Shown here in pieces: positions 11,275-19,453 of a stretch of 38,296 nt of DNA. The position numbers were made by a program, and so were the translations under genes. This stretch comes from Sulfurihydrogenibium sp. (lineage in GTDB: Bacteria; Aquificota; Aquificia; Aquificales; Hydrogenothermaceae): positions 1 to 38,296 of the forward strand of contig JBBIPN010000003.1 of NCBI GenBank assembly GCA_037442825.1, read 5' to 3'. Under the pieces are notes generated by a model. It made no database searches. It was not told the origin of the DNA and saw only the letters and a list, made by a program, of their open reading frames with translations. Positions within the stretch are counted from its first letter, which is position 1; each line of letters begins with the position of its first letter.

Positions 11275-12024
11275 ATGATAGAGTTAAAAACAAAAAAAGA
11301 AATAGAAAAGTTAAGAATAGCTAATAGATACGTAGCTGAAATTTTAAATATTTTAAAAGAATACGTTAAACCTGGAATAACTGCTAAGGATTTAGATAGT
11401 ATAGCATATCAAGAGTGTATAAAAATAGGCGTTAAACCTGCTTTTTTAGGATTGTATGGATTTCCTGCTTCCCTTTGTGTTTCTATAAATGAAGAAGTTG
11501 TGCATGGTATTCCAAGGGAAGATAAGGTGATAAAGGAAGGTGATATTGTTAGCCTTGATTTTGGTGTTGAGTATGAAGGTTGGTATGGAGATGCTGCTAT
11601 AACTGTGGCAGTTGGTGAAGTTAGTGATAGAAAAAAACGATTGATAGAAGGTGTTGAAAAAGCTCTAGATAATGCTATAAATTTATGTTATCCAGGCAAC
11701 AATTTAGTAGATATAGCTAAAATTATAGAAAGTACTCTAAAAGCATATAAACTTACACCTGTTTGTGAATATGGTGGTCATGGAATTGGAAGGAAACCAC
11801 ATGAAGAACCACATGTTACAAACTGTATAGCAAATGCTGATAGAATTGAGTTGAAAGTAGGTATGGTTTTAGCTATAGAACCTATGGCTTATTTAGGTAA
11901 AGGTAAAATAAGAAAACTTAAAGATAATTGGACTATAGTAACTACTGATAAAACACATGCAGCCCATTTTGAGCATACTGTAGCTATTACAGAAAATGGG
12001 CCAGATGTTTTATCAAAAATTTAA
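11275..12024 (+). CDS. map: Methionine aminopeptidase type I
   Basis: SINEEVVHGIP, GDAA, GGHGIG..PHEEP, AIEPM, AHFEHT. Confidence 0.97.
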   Translation: MIELKTKKEIEKLRIANRYVAEILNILKEYVKPGITAKDLDSIAYQECIKIGVKPAFLGLYGFPASLCVSINEEVVHGIPREDKVIKEGDIVSLDFGVEYEGWYGDAAITVAVGEVSDRKKRLIEGVEKALDNAINLCYPGNNLVDIAKIIESTLKAYKLTPVCEYGGHGIGRKPHEEPHVTNCIANADRIELKVGMVLAIEPMAYLGKGKIRKLKDNWTIVTTDKTHAAHFEHTVAITENGPDVLSKI

Positions 12025-12036
12025 AAGGAAGACAGA

Positions 12037-12273
12037 ATGGGTAAAAAGAAAGAAAGTAAAGAGAAGGAAAAAGGTATAGTTTTAGAAGGTACTGTTTTAG
12101 AAGCCTTACCTAATGCTATGTTTAAAGTACAGCTTGAAACAGGCCATGAAGTTTTGGCTCATGTTTCAGGTAAAATGAGAATGCACTTTATAAAGATACT
12201 ACCTGGTGATAAGGTAAAAGTAGAGCTATCGCCCTACGACTTAACACGTGGAAGAATTATTTTTAGAATTTAA
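12037..12273 (+). CDS. infA: Translation initiation factor IF-1
   Basis: [36 protein letters not shown]. Confidence 0.98.
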   Translation: MGKKKESKEKEKGIVLEGTVLEALPNAMFKVQLETGHEVLAHVSGKMRMHFIKILPGDKVKVELSPYDLTRGRIIFRI

Positions 12274-12286
12274 AGGAGGTTTTCCA

Positions 12287-12400
12287 ATGAAAGTAAGAGC
12301 ATCTGTTAAACCAAGATGTGAGAAATGCAGAATTATAAAGAGAAATGGAAAAGTTATGGTTATCTGTGAAAACCCTAAACACAAGCAAAAACAAGGTTAA
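12287..12400 (+). CDS. rpmJ: 50S ribosomal protein L36 (not in ORF track, 37 aa)
   Basis: Manual translation [37 protein letters not shown]; strong SD AAGGAGGT upstream; CxxC/CxxxxH Zn ligands. Confidence 0.98.
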   Translation: MKVRASVKPRCEKCRIIKRNGKVMVICENPKHKQKQG

Positions 12401-12415
12401 GGAGGATTATAGCTT

Positions 12416-12766
12416 ATGGCACGTATAGCAGGTGTAGATTTACCAGATAGAAAAAGGTTGGAAATAGCTTTAACCTACATATATGGAATTGGTAAATCAA
12501 GATCAAAAGAAATTTTAGAAAAAACTGGTATCGATGGAATGAAAAGAGTTGGAGAGCTAACGCCTGATGAATTAAATACAATTAGAAAATTTATAGAACA
12601 AAATTACAAAGTTGAAGGTGACCTTAGAAGAGAAGTTGCTGTAGCTATTAAAAAATTAGTTGATATGGGATGCTACAGAGGAATAAGACATAGACTTGGT
12701 TTACCTGTAAGAGGTCAAAGAACAAAAACGAATGCAAAAACTAGAAAAGGAAAAAGAAAGAAATAA
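12416..12766 (+). CDS. rpsM: 30S ribosomal protein S13
   Basis: [37 protein letters not shown]. Confidence 0.98.
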   Translation: MARIAGVDLPDRKRLEIALTYIYGIGKSRSKEILEKTGIDGMKRVGELTPDELNTIRKFIEQNYKVEGDLRREVAVAIKKLVDMGCYRGIRHRLGLPVRGQRTKTNAKTRKGKRKK

Positions 12767-12781
12767 TAAGAGGTGTAAGTG

Positions 12782-13171
12782 ATGGCAAAAAAAAGAAAAA
12801 TTACTAAAAAAATTAAAAGAACAGTTACATCAGGAATAGCTCATATCCAATCTACGTTTAACAATACAGTAATCACAATCACAGACAAAGAAGGTAATAC
12901 GTTATCATGGGCATCTGGTGGTACTGAAGGTTTTAAAGGTACAAGAAAAAATACTCCATACGCTGCACAGCTTGCTGCTCAAAAGGCTGCTAAAAGGGCT
13001 ATGGATGAGTATGGATTAAAAGAAGTTGAAGTTTGGATAAAAGGTCCAGGAGCAGGAAGAGAGCCTGCAGTAAGAACATTGGCTGCTGTTGGATTAACAA
13101 TTAAGGCAATTAGGGATGTAACACCGATACCTCATAATGGTTGCCGTCCAACAAGTAAAAGGAGGGTTTAA
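12782..13171 (+). CDS. rpsK: 30S ribosomal protein S11 (ATG 12782 preferred over GTG 12779)
   Basis: [35 protein letters not shown]. Confidence 0.98.
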   Translation: MAKKRKITKKIKRTVTSGIAHIQSTFNNTVITITDKEGNTLSWASGGTEGFKGTRKNTPYAAQLAAQKAAKRAMDEYGLKEVEVWIKGPGAGREPAVRTLAAVGLTIKAIRDVTPIPHNGCRPTSKRRV

Positions 13172-13174
13172 TTT

Positions 13175-13789
13175 ATGGGTAGATATATTGGTCCTTTAAC
13201 AAAAGTTAGCAGAAGATTGGGTGTTTTTGTAGGTGGAGATATTGAATCTTTCCAAAAGAGAAACTTCCCACCAGGACAACACGGAAGAATTCAAGGTAGA
13301 AAAAAACTATCTGACTATGGTGTACGTTTACAAGAAAAACAAAAGTTAAGGTATTTATACGGTGGAATAAGAGAGTCTCAATTTAAAAGATATTTTGAAA
13401 GAGCTTCAAAAGCAGCAGGAAACACTGGGGTAGTTTTACTTCAGCTGTTAGAAAGAAGACTTGATAATGTTGTTTATAGATTAGGTTTTGCTAAAACAAG
13501 ATTACAAGCAAGACAACTTGTAAAACATGGACATTTTCTCGTAAACGGTAAGAAAGTAGACATTCCATCTTACGAAATAGATAAAGATGATATTATAGAG
13601 TTAAGAGATAAAAGTAAAAAAATAAGCTTATTTAAAGAAAACTTAGAAAGTAGAGACCCTCGCTCTATTCCAAGATGGTTAGAATTAGATAAAGAAAACT
13701 TTAGAGGTAAAGTTGTAGAGATACCTGAAGAAGTAGAGTTAGAGATACCGGTAAACGTTCAGTACATAATCGAGTACTACTCTATGTAA
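13175..13789 (+). CDS. rpsD: 30S ribosomal protein S4
   Basis: PPGQHG, EKQKL, LERRLDNVVYRLG, ARQLVKHGH, VDIPSY, IEYYS. Confidence 0.98.
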   Translation: MGRYIGPLTKVSRRLGVFVGGDIESFQKRNFPPGQHGRIQGRKKLSDYGVRLQEKQKLRYLYGGIRESQFKRYFERASKAAGNTGVVLLQLLERRLDNVVYRLGFAKTRLQARQLVKHGHFLVNGKKVDIPSYEIDKDDIIELRDKSKKISLFKENLESRDPRSIPRWLELDKENFRGKVVEIPEEVELEIPVNVQYIIEYYSM

Positions 13790-13790
13790 T

Positions 13791-13873
13791 AATTCCCCAA
13801 AAACCGCCTGCCGGGACAGGGGGAACTTTAAGGCGGTAAACAAATATCCCGGCACCGGACTTTTAAAACCGGT
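13791..13873. ncRNA. Putative structured cis-RNA (interleaved pseudoknot helices plus hairpin) in the rpsD-rpoA spacer
   Basis: GC-rich island with four perfect complementary pairs: TTCCCC 13793-98/GGGGAA 13820-25; ACCGCCT 13803-09/AGGCGGT 13831-37; GCCGGGA 13810-16/TCCCGGC 13847-53; ACCGG 13854-58/CCGGT 13869-73. Confidence 0.6.
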
Positions 13874-13890
13874 TATAAGGTGGAGAGAAG

Positions 13891-14868
13891 ATGTCACTTT
13901 TAGATTTTGTAATGCCTACTAAAATTTACTGGGATGAGTCAACGAAGACAGATAGTTTCGGAAAATTGTATGTGGAACCTTTAGAAAGGGGTTTCGGTAT
14001 AACAATAGGAAATGCTCTAAGAAGGGTGCTTTTGTCATCTTTATCTGGTGGTGCTATTACAGCTGTTAAGATAATAGGTGTTCCCCATGAGTTTTCAGTA
14101 ATAAAAGGTGTATTGGAAGATGTTACAGAAATCGTATTAAACCTTAAACAGATAAGACTTATAATAGATGAAAATATAGAAAGAGATTTTGCTATACTTG
14201 AAGTTAAAGACCCTGGAAAAGTTTATGCTAAAGATATTAAATTTCCAGCAGGTATAGAAGTTGCCAATCCAGACGTCCATATCTTTACTATCACAGAACC
14301 TATTAAATTACAGATGGAATTTAGAATAGAGAGAGGTATTGGTTATAAAACTGTAGAAGAGTTGGAACCTATAGATGAGATAGGTTGGATACTTTTAGAT
14401 ACTTCATTTTCACCAATTAAAAAAGTTGCTTTTAGTGTAGAACCTACAAGAGTAGGAGATAAAACAGACTATGATAGATTGATAATGGAAATAGAAACAG
14501 ACCGTACAATAACTCCAGATGATGCTTTAATTAAAGCTTCTAACATTTTAATAGAACACTTTAATTTACTTCAAAAACCAACAGTTAAAAAAGTTCAAGT
14601 GGTTAAAAAATCTGTTCAACCAAAAACAGAAGAGATTAAAGTTGAAGAAGATAAACTCTCATTAGCTATAGATGAACTTGAAATATCATCAAGAGCTATA
14701 AACACTTTAAGAAAACTTGGCATCAATACGATAGGTGACCTTGTAAAACTATCTGAAGATGACTTAAGAGAAGCTAAAAGCATTGGAAGAAAATCATTGA
14801 AAGAGATAAAAGATGCTTTAGCAGATATAGGCTTAGAACTTGCTCCATCTAAAACAACAACTGAATAA
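13891..14868 (+). CDS. rpoA: DNA-directed RNA polymerase subunit alpha
   Basis: EPLERGFGITIGNALRRVLLSS, HEFS, GVLED, FSPIKKV, alpha-CTD LEISSRAINTL...IGRKSLKEI. Confidence 0.99.
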   Translation: MSLLDFVMPTKIYWDESTKTDSFGKLYVEPLERGFGITIGNALRRVLLSSLSGGAITAVKIIGVPHEFSVIKGVLEDVTEIVLNLKQIRLIIDENIERDFAILEVKDPGKVYAKDIKFPAGIEVANPDVHIFTITEPIKLQMEFRIERGIGYKTVEELEPIDEIGWILLDTSFSPIKKVAFSVEPTRVGDKTDYDRLIMEIETDRTITPDDALIKASNILIEHFNLLQKPTVKKVQVVKKSVQPKTEEIKVEEDKLSLAIDELEISSRAINTLRKLGINTIGDLVKLSEDDLREAKSIGRKSLKEIKDALADIGLELAPSKTTTE

Positions 14869-14883
14869 AGGAGGCAGTAGATA

Positions 14884-15252
14884 ATGCGTCATAGAGTTAA
14901 AACAAAAAGCTTTCATAGAAGAAAAGAGCAAAGAGAAGCTTTATTTATAAATTTAGCTAAAAGTTTAATAAACCACGGAAGAGTAGAAACAACATTGCCA
15001 AAAGCAAAAGCTTTAAGGTCATTTATTGAAAAGCTTGTTACATTAGCAAAAGAAGATACTATCCATTCAAAAAGGTTGTTAAACCAAAGGTTAAGAGATT
15101 GGAGAACTGCAAAGAAATTATACTCTGAGATAGCTCCACTTCTCAAAGATAGAAACGGTGGATACACAAGAATATATAAATTAGAAAAAAGAAGAATTGG
15201 CGACGGTGGTGAATCTGCTATTATTGAATTTGTAAAATATCCAAACCAGTAA
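14884..15252 (+). CDS. rplQ: 50S ribosomal protein L17
   Basis: MRHR, ETTLPKAK, IEKLVTLAK, RNGGYTRI, RIGD. Confidence 0.98.
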   Translation: MRHRVKTKSFHRRKEQREALFINLAKSLINHGRVETTLPKAKALRSFIEKLVTLAKEDTIHSKRLLNQRLRDWRTAKKLYSEIAPLLKDRNGGYTRIYKLEKRRIGDGGESAIIEFVKYPNQ

Positions 15253-15253
15253 G

Positions 15254-15553
15254 ATGTTTATACTGTCTCAATTTTTTATGGCAATGTCTTATACCTTGGA
15301 CATTGCCCTTGAAATTTATAAATGGATGGTAATAGTATCAGCTTTAATATCTTTTGTAAATCCAGACCCTTACAACCCTATTGTTAGATTCTTAAGGTCT
15401 GCTACAGAGCCAGTGTATAGAAAAATTAGAAAATTTGTACCTACTGTTGTTTACAATGTAGATTTTGCTCCCTTTATAGTAATTCTTTTAATAATCTTCC
15501 TACAAAAGTTTTTAGTCCCTGTTATCTATCAAATAGGTCTTAAGTTTAGTTAA
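15254..15553 (+). CDS. yggT: YggT family membrane protein
   Basis: ISFVNPDPYNPIVRFL..ATEPV...IR, VDFAP: YGGT-family pattern. Confidence 0.88.
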   Translation: MFILSQFFMAMSYTLDIALEIYKWMVIVSALISFVNPDPYNPIVRFLRSATEPVYRKIRKFVPTVVYNVDFAPFIVILLIIFLQKFLVPVIYQIGLKFS

Positions 15554-15573
15554 TTTTTGTTAAAATATTCTTT

Positions 15574-16614
15574 ATGATAAATTTTAAACCTTTACAGCTT
15601 AATGCTGAGATTTTAACTATTGTTAAGAATCTTGGTACTTCTCTTTCTTTTAAAACTAGTGAAAATGTTAAAGCAGAAGTAGTAGATGTTCTTCCAAGTG
15701 GTGCAGCTGTTTTAAGAGTAAAAAATGGTTATATAACAGTAAATACGGAAATACCATTAACAAAGGACTATCAACTACTACTTAAAGTATTGGAACCAAG
15801 AGATAACAAACTTCAATTTCAGCTAATATCTATTGAAAATAAAGAAAATGTTAATCTAAAAAACAGTATTCTCACTGAGATATCTCCAATAGTACTTTTG
15901 GAAAATTTAGATAGTTTACCTGAAAGTATTAAATCAGAAATTACAAAAAATATTTTATCTTCTATATTAGAACTTGAAAATAAGATAGATTTACCACGTA
16001 GTGAAACTAATTTAATCAACCAAGAGATTATAAAAGAATCAATTAAAAACTCTGGAACATTTTTTGAAAATAAACTTTTAAAATTTTTCAACACGTTAGA
16101 AGAAATAAAGAATAGTAATCCAGAAGTTTATAAAGAATTATTTAATGCTGGAAAAGATTTAACAAAAAAACTTGAAACTTTAATAAATAACCAAGATAAA
16201 AATGTTGAACTACTAAAAATTTTAAAAGAAACGATAGATTCAATATTTTCTGATGCCAAATTGAAGATAAACGATGAAAACTTTCAAAAGCTTATAACCA
16301 ACTATTCTCAACTTAGTTTGTTAAATGATGTTTTGGTTGGTATTTTCCCTTTTGTCTTTTCTGACATAAAAATATCAAAGTATGAGATTAAGAAAAAAGT
16401 TTTAGAAAATGGAGTAGTTTTTTATTTTAGAGGGAATATAGAGTTTGAGGATAATACTAATGTTTCTTATATAATTGCAAGATATTTAGATGGATACTAT
16501 ATAACTATAAAAACAAACAACGAAGAAATGTTAAACAATTTGAGATTATTGAAAAAAGAGACATTGGACAATTTGAAAGATTTAAATGTTGTTAGTTTTG
16601 ATATCTATGGATGA
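15574..16614 (+). CDS. Hypothetical protein, possibly FliK-like (YlqG-type partner of the FlhB-like protein)
   Basis: 346-aa ORF with SGTFFENKL motif and beta-rich C-terminus; overlaps the start of the FlhB-C-like gene; functional assignment is mostly from context. Confidence 0.45.
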   Translation: MINFKPLQLNAEILTIVKNLGTSLSFKTSENVKAEVVDVLPSGAAVLRVKNGYITVNTEIPLTKDYQLLLKVLEPRDNKLQFQLISIENKENVNLKNSILTEISPIVLLENLDSLPESIKSEITKNILSSILELENKIDLPRSETNLINQEIIKESIKNSGTFFENKLLKFFNTLEEIKNSNPEVYKELFNAGKDLTKKLETLINNQDKNVELLKILKETIDSIFSDAKLKINDENFQKLITNYSQLSLLNDVLVGIFPFVFSDIKISKYEIKKKVLENGVVFYFRGNIEFEDNTNVSYIIARYLDGYYITIKTNNEEMLNNLRLLKKETLDNLKDLNVVSFDIYG

Positions 16615-16864
16615 AAAAAAAGCAGTAGCTTTAAAATATGAAAAGTATAAAGATACTGCTCCGAAAGTAGTAGCAAAAGGTAGTGGTGCTATTGCTGAAA
16701 AGATAATAGAAGTTGCAAAAAATCATGGTGTTTATATAAAGGAAGACCCGACATTAGTTAACCTTTTGTCAGGTCTTGAACTTTATGAAGAAATCCCTGA
16801 AGACCTATATAAAGTTGTAGCTGAAATATTTGTTCTTATCTATAAAGCTAGACAGAAACGTTAA
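16607..16864 (+). CDS. FlhB C-terminal domain-like protein (EscU/YscU/HrcU export switch family, FlhX/YlqH type)
   Basis: MDEKKAVALKY...APKVVAKG.G.IAEKIIEVAK..GV...EDPTL...EEIPEDLYKVVAEI; start moved to ATG 16607. Confidence 0.9.
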   Translation: MDEKKAVALKYEKYKDTAPKVVAKGSGAIAEKIIEVAKNHGVYIKEDPTLVNLLSGLELYEEIPEDLYKVVAEIFVLIYKARQKR

Positions 16865-17663
16865 ACTCTCTCAACGCTTCATTTAAAGATGTTTTTTTAT
16901 CTGTAGATTCTTTTCTTTTACCTATTATTAAAGCACACTGTATTCCATACTCTCCAGCTGGAAACTTTTTAGTTATAGTTCCAGGTACTACTACACTCCT
17001 TGCAGGGACTCTTCCTCTATACTCAACAGGTTCTTCACCGGATACATCTATTATTCTTGTTGAAGCAGTTATAACAACATTAGCTCCTAAAACAGCTTCT
17101 TCTTCCACTATAACACCTTCAACGATTATACATCTTGACCCTATAAAACAGTTGTCTTCTATTATTACAGGTCTTGCTGAAGGAGGTTCTAAAACCCCAC
17201 CTAAACCTACTCCACCAGATAGATGGACATTTTTACCTACTTGGGCACAAGAACCAACCGTTGCCCATGTGTCAACCATTGTACCACTACCAACATATGC
17301 ACCTATATTAACATAAGAAGGCATTAGTATAGCTCCAGGTTCTATATAACTTCCATATCTTGCAGTTGCTGGAGGTACTACCCTAACACCTCTTTCTTTG
17401 TAGTTTTTCTTTAGAGGTATTTTGTCATAGTATTCAAAAGGTCCCACTTCCATAACTTGCATTTCTTGAATCGGGAAGTATAGTAAAATAGCTTGCTTTA
17501 TCCATTCATTTACAATCCACTCGCCATTTACTTTTTCTGATACTCTTATTTTTCCGTTATCAAGAAGGTCAATAACTTCCCTTATAGCATCTTTATACTT
17601 TTTTTCTTTTAAAAGTTCTCTATTTTCCCATGCTTGTAATATAAGTGTTTTTAGCTCTTCCAC
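16848..17663 (-). CDS. dapD: 2,3,4,5-tetrahydropyridine-2,6-dicarboxylate N-succinyltransferase
   Basis: W.VNEWIKQAILLYF, DKIPLK, RVVPPA, MPSYVNIGAYV, DTWATVGSCAQ, GGVLEP; GTG start with GGAGG SD. Confidence 0.96.
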   Translation of the reverse strand: MEELKTLILQAWENRELLKEKKYKDAIREVIDLLDNGKIRVSEKVNGEWIVNEWIKQAILLYFPIQEMQVMEVGPFEYYDKIPLKKNYKERGVRVVPPATARYGSYIEPGAILMPSYVNIGAYVGSGTMVDTWATVGSCAQVGKNVHLSGGVGLGGVLEPPSARPVIIEDNCFIGSRCIIVEGVIVEEEAVLGANVVITASTRIIDVSGEEPVEYRGRVPARSVVVPGTITKKFPAGEYGIQCALIIGKRKESTDKKTSLNEALREFNVSV

Positions 17664-17719
17664 TATTTTCCTCCAAAAATTTAATATAATAATTATATAC
17701 CACTTAAAGAGGTATTATA

Positions 17720-19150
17720 ATGATAAAAGTACCTGTTATAGTTGGCGGTAAAGAAGTATGGAAAGATGATGTTATAGATGTTATTTTCCCTTATGACCTT
17801 AAAAAGATTGGAGAAGCTGTAAAAGGTAATGTTGAAGATGTAGAAAAAGCTGTAAATTTAGCAAAGGTAGGTTTTGAAAAGTTAAAAAAGTTATCGGCTC
17901 ATGAAAAGTATAAAATTTTGATGAATGTTGCCAGTATTTTAGAAAAAAGAAAAGAAGAGTTTGCAAAGGTTATTACGTTGGAAACTGGAAAGACTATAAG
18001 AGAATCAAGGATAGAAGTAGATAGAGCTATCAATACTATTACATTTTCAGCAGAAGAATCAAAAAGAATAGCTGGTGAGTATGTCCATTTTGATGCATCA
18101 CCAAATGGTAAAGGTAAAAGAGGATTTTATTTTAGAGTTCCAGCTGGAATAGTCGCAGCTATTACACCTTTTAACTTTCCTGTAAATTTAACAGCTCATA
18201 AAATAGGTCCAGCTATAGCTGCTGGCTGTCCATTTATCTTAAAGCCAAGTGAAAGAACACCTTTATCCCCTACAATGTTGTCTAAACTGTTTTTAGAAGC
18301 TGGTGTTCCTGAAGAAGCTGTTTCTGTAATACCTGGTTTTGCTGATATTGGTCAAGCTATGACAACTCATCCAGATGTTAGAGTTGTATCCTTTACAGGA
18401 AGCTTAAAAGTTGGAGAGATAATAGCTAAACAAGCTGGATTGAAAAAGATAGTTATGGAACTTGGTTCAAATTCGGCTGTAATAGTAGATGAAAACGCTA
18501 ATTTAGAATTAGCAGCTAAAAAATCTGTTTTAGGTGGTTTTGCTTTAGCAGGTCAAGTTTGTATATCTGTTCAAAGGGTTTTTGTCCATGAGAAAGTAGC
18601 AGATGAGTTTGAAAAACTTTTAAAGCTGGAAGCTTCAAAGCTTAAATATGGAAATCCATTAGAAGAAGATACAGATGTAGGTCCTGTTATATCTTTAAAT
18701 GATGTTGATAGAATATACACATGGATTAGTGAAGCTGTGGAAAAGGGTGGAAAAATAGAAGTAGGAGGTTCTTCAGCAGAAACTAAAACTGTATTCAAAC
18801 CAACTATAGTGTCAAATGTTCCTGAAGATTCTAAACTTTTCTATGAGGAAGCTTTTGCTCCTGTTGTAGCAGTAAAAAGATTTAAAAGTATAGATGAAGC
18901 TATAAGTTTAGTTAATAAAACAAATTACGGTCTTCAGGTTGGAATATTTACCAACAATTTGAAAAATGCTTGGAAAGTTATTGAAAACGTAGAAGTAGGA
19001 GGTGTTATCATAAACGATATACCAACATTTAGAGCAGATAATATGCCTTATGGTGGTGTAAAAGGAAGTGGTATAGGTAGAGAAGGCCCAAAGTTTGCTA
19101 TAGAGGATTATACAGAAATAAAAGTAGTTGTATTTGATTTAAATAGTTAA
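17720..19150 (+). CDS. NAD(P)-dependent aldehyde dehydrogenase (substrate uncertain)
   Basis: ITPFNFP, KPSERTP, FTGS, ELGSN (catalytic Glu), GQVC (catalytic Cys), EEAFAP, PYGGVKGSGIGREG. Confidence 0.93.
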   Translation: MIKVPVIVGGKEVWKDDVIDVIFPYDLKKIGEAVKGNVEDVEKAVNLAKVGFEKLKKLSAHEKYKILMNVASILEKRKEEFAKVITLETGKTIRESRIEVDRAINTITFSAEESKRIAGEYVHFDASPNGKGKRGFYFRVPAGIVAAITPFNFPVNLTAHKIGPAIAAGCPFILKPSERTPLSPTMLSKLFLEAGVPEEAVSVIPGFADIGQAMTTHPDVRVVSFTGSLKVGEIIAKQAGLKKIVMELGSNSAVIVDENANLELAAKKSVLGGFALAGQVCISVQRVFVHEKVADEFEKLLKLEASKLKYGNPLEEDTDVGPVISLNDVDRIYTWISEAVEKGGKIEVGGSSAETKTVFKPTIVSNVPEDSKLFYEEAFAPVVAVKRFKSIDEAISLVNKTNYGLQVGIFTNNLKNAWKVIENVEVGGVIINDIPTFRADNMPYGGVKGSGIGREGPKFAIEDYTEIKVVVFDLNS

Positions 19151-19276
19151 ATTTAGTTTAAGTAGTTCATGGATAACTATCTCATATCTTTTTTCATCTG
19201 TCTTATATAAATCTCTTGTTTAGATAGTTTAATTAATTATAACACAGATTAAAGCTATCTAAAAAGCTATGTCGTA

Positions 19277-19331
19277 TTAATGCGTAAAAAATGTGCAGAA
19301 TATTGCTTTAAAAATGTGCAAGATATTTATT
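19277..19331 (+). repeat. 55-bp direct repeat copy 1 with two NtrC-type enhancer sites
   Basis: 54/55 identical to 20892-20946; contains TGCGTAAAAAATGTGCA (19281-97) and TGCTTTAAAAATGTGCA (19304-20), resembling TGCAC-N7-GTGCA. Confidence 0.85.
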
Positions 19332-19381
19332 TTATTTAGTAGGAAATTGTTCTAATATCAATAAAATCAAAATTTTTCCAT

Positions 19382-19399
19382 TTGGCATAAAATTTTCGT
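19382..19399 (+). promoter_or_regulatory. Putative sigma54 (-24/-12) promoter, non-canonical -12
   Basis: TTGGCATAAAATTTTCGT; GG at 19384-85, TC instead of GC at -12; 64 nt after the enhancer. Confidence 0.55.
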
Positions 19400-19422
19400 A
19401 GATATAAATAGAAGTATTAAAA

Positions 19423-19453
19423 ATCAATATGATTGTATAAATTGTTAAACCTT
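19423..19453 (+). pseudogene. Decayed 5' stub of a PII gene (glnK/glnB paralog)
   Basis: ATC AAT ATG ATT GTA TAA ATT GTT AAA CCT T aligns with the glnB start ATG AAA ATG ATT GTA GCA ATC ATT AAA CCT T; start codon lost, in-frame stop. Confidence 0.75.

Noticed and set aside
13791..13873. HDV-like ribozyme, SRP RNA or intrinsic terminator identity for the rpsD-rpoA element
   Set aside because: The nesting resembles HDV P1/P2/P3, but the HDV L3 consensus, the P1.1 G residues and a properly placed catalytic C strand are missing on both strands. No SRP GGAA-GCAG domain IV motif is present, and no simple hairpin is followed by a U tract.
19365..19377. IHF site between enhancer and sigma54 promoter (AATCAAAATTTTT)
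   Set aside because: It mismatches the WATCAA-N4-TTR consensus, lies in AT-rich DNA and is not conserved in the second promoter copy.
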